Shown here one piece after another: positions 14,014 through 27,722 of a stretch of 64,000 bases of DNA. The notes beneath the pieces are model-generated. The model made no database searches. It was not told the DNA's origin and saw nothing but the letters and a program-made list of their open reading frames with translations. A program made the position numbers and the translations under genes. The stretch is from the human T2T-CHM13v2.0 reference genome, Homo sapiens. The stretch lies in assembly GCF_009914755.1 (NCBI RefSeq), contig NC_060925.1, one strand, 5' to 3'. Each line of letters begins with the position of its first letter. Position 1 is the first letter of the stretch.

Positions 14014-15803
14014 CCCCTCTTTTGGCTTCCTTGTAGAAGACAAGAAAGAACACTGTATATACAGGAAGCTGAAAAGAGAAGTATGTGACTATTTTAGGGC
14101 AGTGGGAAGGATGCATTTGTTTGAGTGCAGGCAGTAGTACATCAGGCAGTGATCTGGATGCATTATATAAATTAACTGATATAAATCTTCATAGTCATCT
14201 TGTAGGTTTTAAAACAAATAAGAGAAGTGGGGCTTTCAGAGTTTCAAAAACTTGCTCAGGGAAAAATGAAGAGTCAATCCGTATCCTATTCCAGAGCCCA
14301 AATATTATACATTTCACCAAAAGCTTCTTTATAAACAAAGATCTAGTACTTGATTTGGTATTTAGTGGATATTCCTAGAAGGGTGTGGACAAGAAGGTAC
14401 AATGATTTTAATTGCACTTTAGAAACATTTGAGTGGCTTGAAGAAAGAACCCAGAGAAGGTAGGGAGACCATTCGGTGGTCACTATCATACTCCATTACA
14501 AGGAGGGTGAGACCTGAAATTACGTCCAGGCAAAAAAAGTAGAGAACAGGGAGCAGATTTAAAGGGACTTACACACTTAACATAAGACCCGACAACCGAC
14601 AGTACAAATGTTTATGACATATGTGGAGAGTGGAGGGGTCAACAATTAGACCAAAGATTAGTACAGATTTAGTCAGGGAAGACGCTTGAAGCTACATGTG
14701 CTCTCTGAGATATTGATGAATTTTTTTTTTAAATCAACTGTAAAAATAACCACCACCAACAAACATTACCAAAAGGGAAAATAAAAGCATCACAGGAAAG
14801 GCATTAGCAATAGTCTTGCATATTAAGAGAAGACTGAAAATTCTCTGAAAGCTCTGTAAGTTTAACTAACAAAAATATATGAGAGGCAGGTGGGGTTTAC
14901 GATTAATTTGGCATGTAGTTTTATTGTCTGCAAAGAGTTTTGGGTATTTATAAATAAGCCAGCTATAAACCTTCCTCAATATTCTACTGTTTTCTCCTCT
15001 AGGCAGTGACTTTTGATAACTGAAATATTAAAAAGTGAACTCATGTCAAAATCCCAGAATTTTACTGGACTATTTCTCTCAAAGAATAATCTAATATTTT
15101 TATGGTAGGCAGACAGTCATTTTTTAATTAAACACCACATCCACTTACTGACGAACAAAATAAATGGGATAACATTTCTCTCAGTTATATTAGCACAGTT
15201 TCTTCCCTTGTGAAATATTGATTTATTAAATAATACTATGTTCCAATAGTAATTTTAATTAAAGTCAATATTATATATTAGCTTAATTTTAACCTTAAAA
15301 CTCCCTGAGAGGAAAAAAAGGTATAATATTCTATTCTATTATCTTCACTAAATAATTGCGGAACATGTTACCTACATGAATTCGTTAACTTACACCCAAA
15401 GTTTTACAGTCATTGTAAAGTCAGCACAGATATTAGAACCCAAGAATCCTGATACCCAGAATTGATACCAGTTCTCCTGAATTGAAATACATATGTTGTC
15501 ACTAATAAAACATACGATCACAATTACTTCAGTGATATTCTATTTCATGCCTATGCCCAACATATTTACAGATCTTAAAATGTTTTACCCCTGTGAAATA
15601 CATGCACTCCAAAAAACTACATATATGTGTTTATATATATAATTACATGTTTGTATATATGTCCACATAGATTTATTACGTATTTGCCAGTATTTATATG
15701 CAGTGAATTAATTCAGTGTATATAAAACAAATCTTAATTATTTATAAATTGTTCTTTAGAAAATCAAATGAAAGTTAAAAATTCAATGTCAAAATTAAGA
15801 TTA

Positions 15804-16854
15804 CAAATGGGATCTAATTAAACTAAAGAGCTTCTGCACAGCAAAAGAAACTATCATCAGAGTGAACAGGCAACCTACAGAATGGAAGAAAAATTTTGCA
15901 ATCTAATCCATCTGACTGAGTTCTAATATCCAGAATCTATAAGGAACTTAAATTCACAAGAAACAAACAAACAAACAAAAATCAAAAACTGGATGAAGGA
16001 TATAAACAGACACTTCTCAAAAGAAGACATTTATGCGGCCAACAAACATAAAAAAAAAAAAAAGCTCATCATTACTGGTCATTAGAGAAATGCAAATCAA
16101 AACCCCAATGAGATACCATCTCAAGCCAGTTAGAATGGCGATCATTAAAAAGTCAGGAAACAACAGATGCTGGACAAGCTGTGGAGAAATAAGAGTGCTT
16201 TTACACTGTTGCCGGGAATACAAATTAGTTCAACCATTGTGAAAGACAGCGTGGCAGTTCCTCAAGGATCTAGAACTAGAAATATCATTTGACCCAGCAA
16301 TCCCATTACTGGGTGTATACCCAAAGGATTATAAATCACTCTACTATAAAGACACATGCACACATATGTTTATTGCAGCACTATTCACAATAGTAAAGAC
16401 TTGGAACCACCCCAAATGCCCATCAATGATAGACTGGATAAAGAAAATGTGGCACATATACACTATGAAATATTATGCAGCCATACAAAAGAGTGTGTTC
16501 ATGTCCTTTACAGGGACATGGATGAAGCTGGAAACTATCATTCTCAGCAAACTACACAGGAACAGAAAACCAAAAACCGCATGTTCTCACTCATAAGTGG
16601 GAGTTGAACAATGAGAACACATGGACACAGGGAGGGGAACATCACACACCAGGGCCTGTCAGGGGGTGAGGGGAAAGGGTGGGGAGAGCATTAGGACAAA
16701 TATCTAATGCATGCAGGGCTTAAAACTTAGATGATGTTTTGATAGGTGCAGCAAACCACCATGGCACATGTATACCTGTGTAACAAACCTGCATGTTCTG
16801 CACATGTATCCCAGAACTTAAAGTAAAAGAAAAATAAAGAAATTTTAAAAATAA
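15804..16854 (+). mobile_element. 5'-truncated L1PA (PA8-like)
   Basis: ORF2 C-terminal fragments (ORFs 16033-16242, 16366-16596), 3' UTR and A-tail; 13-bp TSD aaaattaagatta (15791-15803 and 16855-16867). Confidence 0.95.
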
Positions 16855-16989
16855 AAAATTAAGATTATGCCAATACTAGCTATCCTGATTTGTACCATTC
16901 TAATCTAATTATGTCCAATTTTCTGGGGGCTGGGGGAATGTTCATCTATCTGTAATACAAATAAGAGACTATGACTTTTGACTGACATC

Positions 16990-17650
16990 TTAAACTTCCT
17001 GATAGGATTCACTGGAAAAAAAAAAAAACAGAGGATCAGTTCTGTGATAGTCCTGCCAAAATTGCATCAACTTAATATAATCATGAGGAAACACCAGATA
17101 AATGCAAATAAAGGGACCTTTGACCAAATGGCGTCTAATCTAAACAGTCAAGTAATGAATGTCAAAGAAAGGCTTCTATTCTGAAGTAAGGAGATTACAG
17201 AGTCCAAATGAAATGCAATCTTGGTTTGGATTGGATCTGGAACCAGAGAATCTTTCTTTCTCTTTCTATAAAGAAAAATAGTGAAACAATTACAAAATTG
17301 GAATGCCTATAAATTAGGTATTAATAGTGTATTAACATTACTTTTCTGATTTTGAAAATTTAACTGAAGTTATAGAATAGAATTTCTTGACTCTAGTAAA
17401 TACACATTAAATTATTTAGCGATATGTCATCAGCTCAACAACTTACACTTAAACATTACAGAAAAAAGTACACGCACTCACACATACACACAAGCACTCA
17501 CATGGAGAGAGAAGAGAAATAAAGAGAAAATAATAAAGTGAATACAGTAAAATGCTAACTTGGGGAGAATATCCGTGATTTGCATGGGGATTCTTTGTAT
17601 TATTTTTCAACTTTTCAGTAATTCTGAGTTTTTTTCAAAATAAAATGTTA
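16990..17650 (+). mobile_element. L1MC/L1ME-type 3' UTR relic
   Basis: tgtgatagtcctgccaaaa...atcatgaggaaacaccaga; ends ttctttgtattatttttcaacttttc...caaaataaaa. Confidence 0.65.
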
Positions 17651-18491
17651 CAAAAGAATATGAATTCATGTTATTTTTATTATACTCAAGGTTGAATTTT
17701 CTAAAGCCAAGAAAAATGAAATGACACACATTAAAAAGAGAAAAAGACTGTCCCAACCAAGGAAAAGTAGGTTCTACACAGGATAAAAAAATTACCATAA
17801 TGTAGCCCCAAAAAGTGAATGCTGAGTGGTTAGAAAGGATAGAAATTGGTCACTGTAGAGGAGAAAAGGCATATGAAAGAGATTAGATTTGAAGTGGTTC
17901 ATAAGTAATAGCCTTGATTAATTTGCATTTAGTTTCTAAATACCACTTTAAAAATTTCTATTAATATTAATGGATATATAAGAATGATGGTAAGTTGCAA
18001 TCAGACTTTATTTCAAGTTAGATAAATTCTGCAAATTGCCAAGTATCTCTAGCCAAATGTAAAAGTATCACTGTTAGAATTTGTTGAGTTACATTTCTTG
18101 GCTCTTCAGGCACAAAAACATACTGAAATACTCAGAATTTTTATATTAGTTACCTCTATAATTAGGAGGAAATAAGTCCTTATTTGAACATCTTCAAAAT
18201 AATTACACTTATAAATGAATAATATTCCTGTTACTGGTATATGTAATAACAATGTGGCAGAGAAGGGTTCTCAGTAGCCCTTAATTTTTTGAAAATTCTA
18301 AGCTAGTCTCTAATTCTTAAAATAATCCCTTCCCCTTAACTTCAAATCTGAATTATCCCCTTCTTTACATTCCATAACACTTTGTTTATACTTCTAATAT
18401 AAGCTATCACATCTCAGTATAAATATTCAGTTTCCTTTCTGCATTGAAATGTCTTAAAAATGGGTAGTTTCCTATTTTTCTGTGTATTTCC

Positions 18492-21013
18492 AGAAGTTAG
18501 CAAATATTTTCTATGTTGTATGCATTATACACTATACTCTTATAACAAAGTAGGCTAGAGAAAAAAATGTTAGTAAGAAAACCATAACAAAGAGAAGAGA
18601 AAATATAATTACTAGTCATTAAGTGGAATTGGATCATTATTCAAATCTTCATCCTCACTGGCTTCATGTTGAGCAGACTGAGGAGGAGAAGGAGAAACAA
18701 AAGTTGTGTCTCTGTCTCAGAGGTGACAGAGGCAGAAGTGGAAAAGAAGATGAAAGGGAAAACAGGAGAGGCAGGCACACTCCATGTAATCTGAAAACAT
18801 CATAATTTCTGATATTTTGCTTTCACATTTCTCCAAAAATGTTTCTACACAGTACCAATCCTTATTGCATCTTTTTGTTTTCTTTTGTTTTTTCAGTGCC
18901 CATATCATAGAAGGATTCATCTTGCAAAAGATGCCAAAAACAGTTGTGACTAACTGGAACCCTTCTGCCAGATTATGTCAATATTTTTTTTTCTGGCACC
19001 TCTTCTTTCTCATCATCTGGCACTGGCCTGAAAGCAGTCACCTCCATCAAGTCATCTTCTGTTAATTCCTCTATTGCAGTGTCTGTTTGTTCTTAAATTT
19101 CTCCAAGATCCATACCTAGAAAGCCTTCAGCACTCCCGCCACCCCCACACACCTTTGTTTTTTCTGCCATATCCACAATCTCTTTTATGATTTGCTGGAT
19201 TGATTCTGTCCTAAATCCTGAGAAGTCATATCCAACATTTGGACATAGTTTTTTCCTGAAAGAATTTATTATCTTAGGCTTGATGGCTTTCACTGCTCTT
19301 TCTCTAACAATGATGGCTTCTTCAATGATGTAACCCTTCCAGGCTTTCATAATGTTCTTTCTATCAAAGTTCTCTTCCATAGCATTGATAATTCTTTCCA
19401 AAAAGTACAGTGTGTAATGAGCCTTAATGGTACTGTTGAACTTCTGATCTAGAGGCTGAATTAGAGGTGTTGTGTGTGGGGTCAAGTAGACCACTTTGAC
19501 ACAAACTCATGAGGTTCTGGGTGGCTAGGGGCATTGTCCAACATCAAAAGGACTGTAAAAGGCAACCCCTTACTGGCAAGGTACATCCTGACTTAAGGGA
19601 CAAAGTATCATTGAAACCAATGCAGAAAAAAAAGGATTCTTATTGTTCAGGCCTTCTTGGTACAGAGCCAAAATACTTCCAGCTGGTGTTTAACTTTCCC
19701 TTCAAATTTCAGGGATTAGCAACTTTATATCCTGATCATAAGCCGGACTGCATTTTCACAACATTGTAGGGTTAGCCTATATCCCTTCCTGCCTTAAATA
19801 CTGATACTTACTTCTCTTCCTTACTAATAAATGTCCTTGTGGCTTTTGCCCCCCAGAACAGTCAACTGTTGTCTGCATTTAAAACCTTTTCAGAAGGATG
19901 CCCTTTCTCCTCCATGATTTTGTTTATGGTTTCTGATAACTCTGCTGCCTCTTGGTCAGCAGAAGCTGCTTCTCCTGTTATCTTGACATATTTTAAGCCA
20001 AACTTCTTCTAAAGTTATCAAATCATCCTTTGCTGGTGGTAAGTTCTGCAGCTGTAGATCCTTCATCTTCCTTTTGCTTTAAGTTGTCATGTAATTACTT
20101 AACTTTTTCTCAAATTACATTAGAGTCTATAGGTATGCCTTTCTTACAGCAGTTCTGCACCCACATAAAAGCTGGATTTTCAGTACAAGACAAGAAGGTA
20201 TTTCACAAAAAGCACAAGATTTTTGTGCTTACTGGCATAGCTGCAGTAACAGCTTCATGAATTTCCTTTTCTTCTTTTACAATGGCCCTTATGCTGGATT
20301 TATTTATCTTGAAATGGCAGGCAGCTGCAGCTGTAGAGCTCAGTCTACAGTGTATATCAAACAATTGAACTTTCTTTTGTAATGTCATGACTGCTTCTTT
20401 GAAGCAGTTCTAGCCTCACTAGTGGCACTTTGCATGGGCCCCATAATGTTTTTCAAGTTTTATATGCACTAAACATAATGAAAAATATGCAAGACACACA
20501 AGAGATCACTTTTTACCTGTGATATGCAATTTACTGAGAGATAAACTTTCCATATGGAGATGATTGGTGTCACACGGTGTTTTATGGGATACTCACAACA
20601 CTTTAGCTCACTGCAATAGCAACAGGGAGTAGCTACAAAATTGTTAGCCATACAGTATATACTGCAGTCAATTTTATACAATTATTATTTAATATTGAAT
20701 CTTTACATTTGTTTACATCTCTCTTGACTGGTGCTAAGTATGATCTTTAGGTGTTTGTGTGTGCAAGTTTTGATCAACTTTAACTTTTAAAATATATTTG
20801 TGTATATTTTATGATAGACTAGTATCCACATATATTTTATGCATCTGTGGCATCTTTTTCTTAATATTTTTGACATTTCTGGGCTATGTAGTTCATCTGT
20901 TAGTTTTTTTCAGTGGTTAAAAAATTCTTTAAAACATTTTCCAATATTTTAGTTGAAAAAAATGTATTAGTGGGCCCATGCAGTACAAGCTCATATTGTT
21001 CAAGGGTCAATTA
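18492..21013 (-). mobile_element. Tigger2 (pogo/Tc1-mariner) DNA transposon, near full length, with a disrupted transposase
   Basis: Right TIR ttgttcaagggtcaa. Minus-strand transposase fragments: HTH (MTLQKKVQLFD..., 20203-20388) and the DDE-domain motif PHTTPLIQPLDQ (19093-19494). The left TIR is not visible. Confidence 0.88.
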
Positions 21014-23282
21014 CACGTTACTTCTGGGGAAGAAGCAGAGCAAGATAGTGGAGCCTCCACTGATCATCACCCCAACCCCCCACAAAGACAACATGTTAAC
21101 AAGTATTCACAAGAAAAAACACCTTCATTGGAACCAAAAATCAGGTAAGCACCCATATTACCTGTTTTTAACTTCAAATGATTAAAAGAGGAATTGAAAG
21201 GATAGAAAACAAAACAAAAGTCCTTAATCACTGACACCACCCCTTCTCTACCCTGGCAGCAGGGCGTGGTGAGAGAGCATCGCTGAGCATTGCGGAAGAA
21301 GAATTCACCAATTGAGAGACATTGAACTCAGTGCTGTCCTGTTAGAGCACAAAGGAAGAAAGAACCAAACTCAGCTGATGCCCACCCATGGAGGGAACCA
21401 GCCCTAGCCAGAAGGGAATCACCCATCCCAGTGGTCCAAAATTGAGTTCCTGCAAACCTTGCCCCCAAGGGCTATAGCACTTTGTGTTTCCAAGTATATT
21501 TGAAAGGCAGTCTAGGGCATAAGGACTGCAACACTTACGGAAGCCCTAGCACTGAACCTGGCTCAGAGACAGTGGACTGGGGAAGCATGTGACATTCTGA
21601 GATACCACCTGGGGAAGCCAAAGGAGTGCTGGAATCACCCATCCCCTAACCCCAGGCTGCACAGCTCAACACACCAATAGAGACTTCTTCCTTCTGCTTA
21701 GGGGAGAAGATGGAAAAGTGGGGGGGACTTTATCTTGCATCTTGGAGAGCAGCTCAGCCACAGCAGGATAGTGTAACTGTCAGAATCATGAGGCCCCCAT
21801 CCCAGGCCCTAGCTCCCAGATGACATTTCTAGACACACACTGGGCAGAAGGAAACCCACTGCCTTGAAGGAAAGGACCCATTCCTGCCAGCATTTATCAC
21901 CTGTTAACTGAAGAGCCTTCAGTTCTTGAATAACCAGCAGCAATACCCAGGTACTACATCAAGAACATTTGGTGAGCCTCAGAGAAACTGGCTTCAGGTG
22001 AGACTCAGCACATTACTAGATATGGTTAAGGGAAGGGTCTCCTGCTTGAGAAAAGCAGAGAAAAAAGTAAAGGGGACTTTATCTTGCACCTTAGGTACTA
22101 GCACAGCCACAGGCAGGTAGAGTAACAAGTGGGCTCGTCGGTTCTCTGATTCCAAGACTTGACACTTGGATGACATTTCTGGACTTACACTGGGCCAGAG
22201 GGGACCCCACTGCCTTGAAGTCCCAGGCCTGCCAGCATTCACAAGAGACTTAAGAGACCTTGGGCCTTAGGGGAACATTAGCAGTAGTCTGGCAATACTC
22301 CTTGTGGCTTATGGGGTGAGCCTCCTCTGCCTTTGGAAAGGGAAGAAACAAGTAAGAACTGTATCTTGTGGTTTGATGGTGGCTCAGCCACAGTACAGTA
22401 AAGTACCAACTAGACTTCTAAGGTTTTTAATCTAGTCTTTGACTCCCAGATGGCACTTCTGGACCCACCTAGGGCATAGGGGACCTAAATTCCCTGAAAG
22501 GAAAGATGAAGGCTGGACTGGCTTTGCCACCCTCTGATTGTAGAGCCTCAGGACCTTAAGCAAACATGGCAGTAGCGAGGGAGCAGTTATAGCATGCCTT
22601 GGGTAAGACCCAGTGCTGTGCTGACTTTACATCTCACCCAGTGCAGTCATAGTCGTGGCCACAGCATTGCTCATGTCACTCCACCTCTTGCTTTAAGTGG
22701 CTCAGAACAGAGAATGAGACTGTTTTGGAGAAAGTAAGAGAAGAGGACAAGAGTCACACTGCCTAGCAATCCAGAAAATTCTCCTGGATCTTGTTCAAAA
22801 CCATCAAGGCAGTACCTCTAAAATCTACAAGAACCACAATGTTACTGGGCGTGGGGTCCCCATTAAAGCAGATACAGCTTAGATGACAACCCCCAAGCTC
22901 TTTCAAATATCTGGAAAGCCTTCCCAAGAAGTATGGCTACAAAGAAGTCCAGACAGTGAAGACTGTAATACATACCTGACTCTTCAGTGCCCGGACACTG
23001 AAGAACATCTTCTAGAATCAACACCATCCAGGAAGATAAGACCTCACCAAATGAACTAAATAAGGCACCAGTTACTAATTCTGGAGAAACAGATATATGT
23101 GACCTTTCGGATACAGAATTCAAAATAGCTGTCTTGAGGAAATTCAAAGAAATTACAGATAACATGGAGAAGGAATTTAGAATGCCATCAAAGAAATTTA
23201 ACAAAGAAATTGAAATGATTAAAAATAAGCAGAAAATCTAGAGTTGAAAATGCAATTAGCATACTGAAGAATGCATCATAGT

Positions 23283-23690
23283 GGCAGGGTCTGACCTGCA
23301 GACCCAGGCTGCATGACAGATGAATAACGTACTCAGACACAGATATTCAGTAAAAGAGCAGGCCAGGGGGCTGGGCCACTCACAGAAAGAGTTGTGGCAG
23401 CTGTGTGCTGACTAGCTGGCCTTGCCGGCATTTATTCAGCACAGATTTAATGACAAAGGCTTTTAGTCAACATACCTGTGAGTAATTAACCTCGTTGCCC
23501 TTCCCCAGAGAGAGCAGTCCTATGAATGATCAAAGGTTGGTCTTAGGACCACATGAGTAAACAAGCTCGTTAGATAAACTCCCTTATATTCCTTTATACC
23601 TACTTTAAGCTATTAACTCAAGGTAAGAGGATTAGGCTGCCTTAAGCCAAATCTCTTACTGAAGCTATGAGAACCTCCAGACCTTTTCCG
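23283..23690 (-). mobile_element. LTR22 (HERV-K22/HML-5) 3' LTR lacking its 5' end
   Basis: ggcagggtctgacctgcagaccc...gtactcagacac...atgatcaaaggttggtc matches the reverse complement of LTR22; the poly(A) signal appears as tttatt at ~23431. Confidence 0.85.
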
Positions 23691-23699
23691 TTTTTTTGC

Positions 23700-23940
23700 A
23701 TCAGGCTTTATGGTGTCCCAGGCACCATAAAATGTCTTGGGGTGACGTGGACTTTACTTGGAGTCCGGGATATCCCATCCCCCCATTGGCCCAAATCATA
23801 GGAGAACAGGACATGGCTATGAAACTGTGATTGATGCGATGATGGATGAAGACACCAGTAAGGTCACCCTGCAAATGGCCGTGGGGACTCCAGTCTAAGA
23901 TGTTATAATTGCCTAACTCAAGGCTACAGGCTTGTAGAAG
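23700..23940 (-). pseudogene. env: HERV-K (HML-5) env SU fragment
   Basis: Translation NYNILDWSPHGHLQG...MIWANGGMGYP...QDILW resembles the betaretroviral HML SU 'IDWxPxG' region; adjacent to LTR22 in the same orientation. Confidence 0.7.
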
Positions 23941-24623
23941 AAACTGGGGATAGAAGGAACATACACCAATATAAGAAAAGTCATATGCAACAGACCCACA
24001 GCTAGTATTATACTGAAGGGGAAAACATGAAAGCCTTTCCTCTAAGATCTGGAAAACAAAAAGAATGCCCACTGTTACCACTGTTTTTCAACATGGTACT
24101 GGAAGTCCTAGCTTGAACAATTAGACAAGAGAAAGATAGAAAAGGCATCCAAATTGGAAAGAAATAAACCAAATTATCCCTGTGTGAAGATAATATGAAC
24201 TTACATTTGGAAAAACCTAAAGACTCCAACACGAAAACTGTTGGAACTGATAAACCCAGTAAAGTTGCAGAACACAAAATCAACATATAAAAATCAGTAG
24301 CATTTCTGTATGCCAAGAGAGAACAATGTGAAAAAAAATTAAAAGTAATCCCATTTACAATAGCCACACATAAAATTAAATACCTATGGATTAACTTAAT
24401 GAGAGAAGTAAAAAATCTCTATAATGAAAACTATAAAACACTGATAAAAAAATTGAAAAGGACACAAAACAATGGAAAACTACTCCATGTTCATGAATTG
24501 GAAGAATCAGTATTATTAAAATGTCCATATTATCCAAAGCAATCTACACATTCAATGCAATCCCTATCAAAACACCAATGACATTATAGAAATAGAAAAA
24601 ACAATCCTAATATTTTTATTGAA

Positions 24624-24624
<1 letters not shown>

Positions 24625-24660
<36 letters not shown>
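24625..24660. repeat. (CA)n microsatellite within L1
   Basis: Read directly. Confidence 0.95.
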
Positions 24661-24664
<4 letters not shown>

Positions 24665-27095
24665 AACCAAAGCTATCCTAAGCCAAAAATCACAGAACTG
24701 GAGGAATTACATTACTTGACTTCAAATTATATTACAGTGCTATGGTAACCAAAACAGCATGGTTCTGCCATAAAAATACACACACAGACCAATGGAAGGG
24801 AATAGAAATCCCAGAAACAAATCCACAAACCTTCAGTGAACTCATTTTTGACAAAGGTGCCAAGAACAAACACTGGGCAAAAGATAATCTTTTCAATATA
24901 TGATGCTAGGAAAACTAGATAACCATATGAAGAATAATGAAACTAGACCCCTATCTCTCGCCATACATAAAAATCCAATCAAAATGGATTAAAGACTTAA
25001 ACCTAAGGCCTCAAACTATAAAACTACTACAAGAAAACATTGGAGGAATTCTCCAGGATATTAATTTGGGCAAAGACTTATTGAGTCATACCCTACAAGC
25101 ACAGGCAACCAAAGCAAACTTGGACAAGTGGAATCACATCAAGTTAAAAAGCTTCTGCACAGTAAAGGATACAATCAACAAAATGAAGAGACTACCCACA
25201 AAATGGAAGAAAATATTTGACAGGGAATAATAACCAGAATATATAAAGAACTCAAAAAAAATAGAAACATTGTAATAATTTAATCAAAATATGGGCAAAA
25301 GATTTGAATAGACATTTCTCAAAAGAAGACATACAAATGACAAACAGGCATAGGAAAAGGTGCTCAACATTGTTGATCATCAGAGAAATGCACATCAAAA
25401 GTACAATAGGATATCACCTCAACACAGTTAAAATGGCTTATATCCAAAAGATAGGCAATGAGAAATGCTGGTGAAGATGTGGAGAAAAGGGAACACTCTT
25501 TGTACACTGTTGATGTGAATGTAAATTACTACAACCACTATGGATAACAGTTTGGAGGTTCCTCAAAAAACTAAAAATTGAGATACCATATGATTCAGTC
25601 AGCCCACTGTTGCATATATACCCAAAAGAAAGGGAATCATTACAACAAAGAGATATCTGCACTCCTATATTTGTTGAAGTACTGTTTACAATAGCAAATA
25701 TTTGTAAGCAATCTAAGTGTCTATCAACAGATTAATGGATAAAGAAAATGTGGTACATATGCACAAGGGAGTACTATACAGCCATAGAAAAGAGTGAGAT
25801 CAAGTAAATTGCAACAACATGGATGAACTGGAAATCATTATGTTGACTGAAATAAGCCAGGCACAGAAAGACAAACATTACATGTTCTCACTTATTTGCG
25901 GTATTTAAAAATCAAAACAGTTGAATTCATGGACATACAGAGTAGAAGGATTGTTACCATAGGCTGGGAAGAGCAGTGAGTGGCTGGGGAGAAGTGAGAA
26001 TGATTAATGGATACAAAAAAAAAATAGAATAAATAAGACCCACTACTTTATAGCACAACAGAGTGACCATAGTCAATAACTTAATTGTACATTTTTAAAT
26101 AACTTAAAAAATGTAATTGAATTGTTTGTAACTCGAAGGATAAATGCTTGAGGGGATGGATATCCCATTCTCCATGATGTGCTTATTTCACATTGCATGC
26201 CTGTATCAAAACATCTCATGTACTCCATAGATACATACACCTACTATGTACCCCCCAAAAATTAAAAATAAAATAACTGTATGTTATGTCTCTGGAATTT
26301 CTATCTATAGTAATGCAAAAACAAGATAAATCCTGGAAACAAGATAAGTTAAAAATGATTAACTTAGTTCAATATATTATCAGAATGTTTTGCTATATTC
26401 AACATGTTTTCAAAAAATATATTTCAAATGAATTTTTAAAAAGTTAAGATGCAATCATCAGTAATAATTATTCTTTACTCATTTTATTTTAAGACAAAAA
26501 TCTATTTTAAAGAATAATTATCAAATTTAAACACTTTACTCAAATTCAGTAAAATATTTCATATATATATTCAAATATGCAAATACCAAGAAAAAATATT
26601 GCATATCTTATCTCACACTGTTTTACTATTTCAATTTTAAACACTTACTGAAAAATATCTCTAAATGTTTATATGGAATGACAAAATTTAAATGCCTTAT
26701 TTTTCAGCAGCTAGTGTTTTTCAACCAGGGTTCCACCGTACCCTAATTTCAGCAAGATATCACTAGTGATTTCGTTAGAGAACATGATCAAACAAAAACA
26801 TATATTTACTTGCCACTTAATGCTAGTGCTCATAATGATGCACAATGACTGAATAGCCTATTTAGCAGTTGTAGTAGAGGATATTAAGCTCCCATTTGGC
26901 TGCATATAGGACTGTGTTCCTTTGGCTGAGTCCATTTCTTGTTTTTGATGCACAGTGGAAGAGACTTGATAACTTATGAGTACTTTATTGTACAGAGGAG
27001 CCAATGGCTGATGATGCTATTCCATCTTCAGTTAGCTCCCTTGAATTTTCTTGCATACAGTTCACTTAATTACAGAAGAAAACATGCTCTACTCC

Positions 27096-27722
27096 TGATA
27101 TGGTTTGACTCTGTGTCCCCACCCAAATCTCATCTTGAATTGTACTCCCATAATTCCCATGTGTTCTGGGAGGGACCCAGTGGGAGATAATTGAATCGTG
27201 GGAGCAGTTTCCTCCATACTGTTCTCGAGATAGTGAATAAGTCTCACACAATCTGATGGTTCTATAAGGGGTTTCTGCTTTCGCTTCTTTCTCATTCTGT
27301 CTTGCCACCACCATGTAAGAAGTACCAAATACCGCATGTTCTCACACATAGATGGGAATTGAACAATGAGAACACTTGGACACGGGGTGGGGAACATCAC
27401 ACACCGGGGCCAGTCGTGGGATGGGGGAGAGGGGAGGGATAGCATTAGGAGATATACCTAGTGTAAATGACGAGTTAACGGGTGCAGCACGCCAACATGG
27501 CACATGTATACATATGTAACAAACCTGCACGTTGTGCACATGTACCCTAGAACTTAAAGTATAATAATAAAAAAAAAAAAGAAAAAGAAATAAGAAGTGC
27601 CTTTCGCCTTCCGCCATGATGTGAGGTCTCCTCAGCCACGTGGAACTGTGAGTCCATTAAACCTATTATTCTTCCCAGACTCGGGTATGCTTTTATCAGC
27701 AGCGTGAAAATGGACCAATACA
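27096..27722 (+). mobile_element. THE1 (MaLR) solo LTR, interrupted by an L1PA tail
   Basis: Termini TGATATGGTTTG...GGACCAATACA; 5-bp near-TSD actcc / gctcc. Confidence 0.92.
27324..27590 (+). mobile_element. Short 5'-truncated young L1PA (3' UTR only)
   Basis: L1PA 3' UTR with A-tail; TSD taagaagt (27316-27323 and 27591-27598). Confidence 0.93.

Larger units (their letters stand above)
21026..26274 (+). mobile_element. L1MA1/2-type element with 5' UTR, internally deleted and interrupted by HML-5 sequence
   Basis: GC-richer 5' UTR with internal repeats (21700-22500), ORF1 start near 23000, ORF2 RT/C-terminal fragments (24000-25900), L1MA-type 3' UTR. Confidence 0.85.

Noticed and set aside
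18492-21013. Domesticated Tigger transposase (TIGD-like gene)
   Set aside because: The coding region is broken into short fragments by stops and frameshifts.
21700-22500. Three ~200-300-bp imperfect repeats suggesting an array
   Set aside because: They are internal repeat units of the L1MA 5' UTR, not a CRISPR or a novel array.
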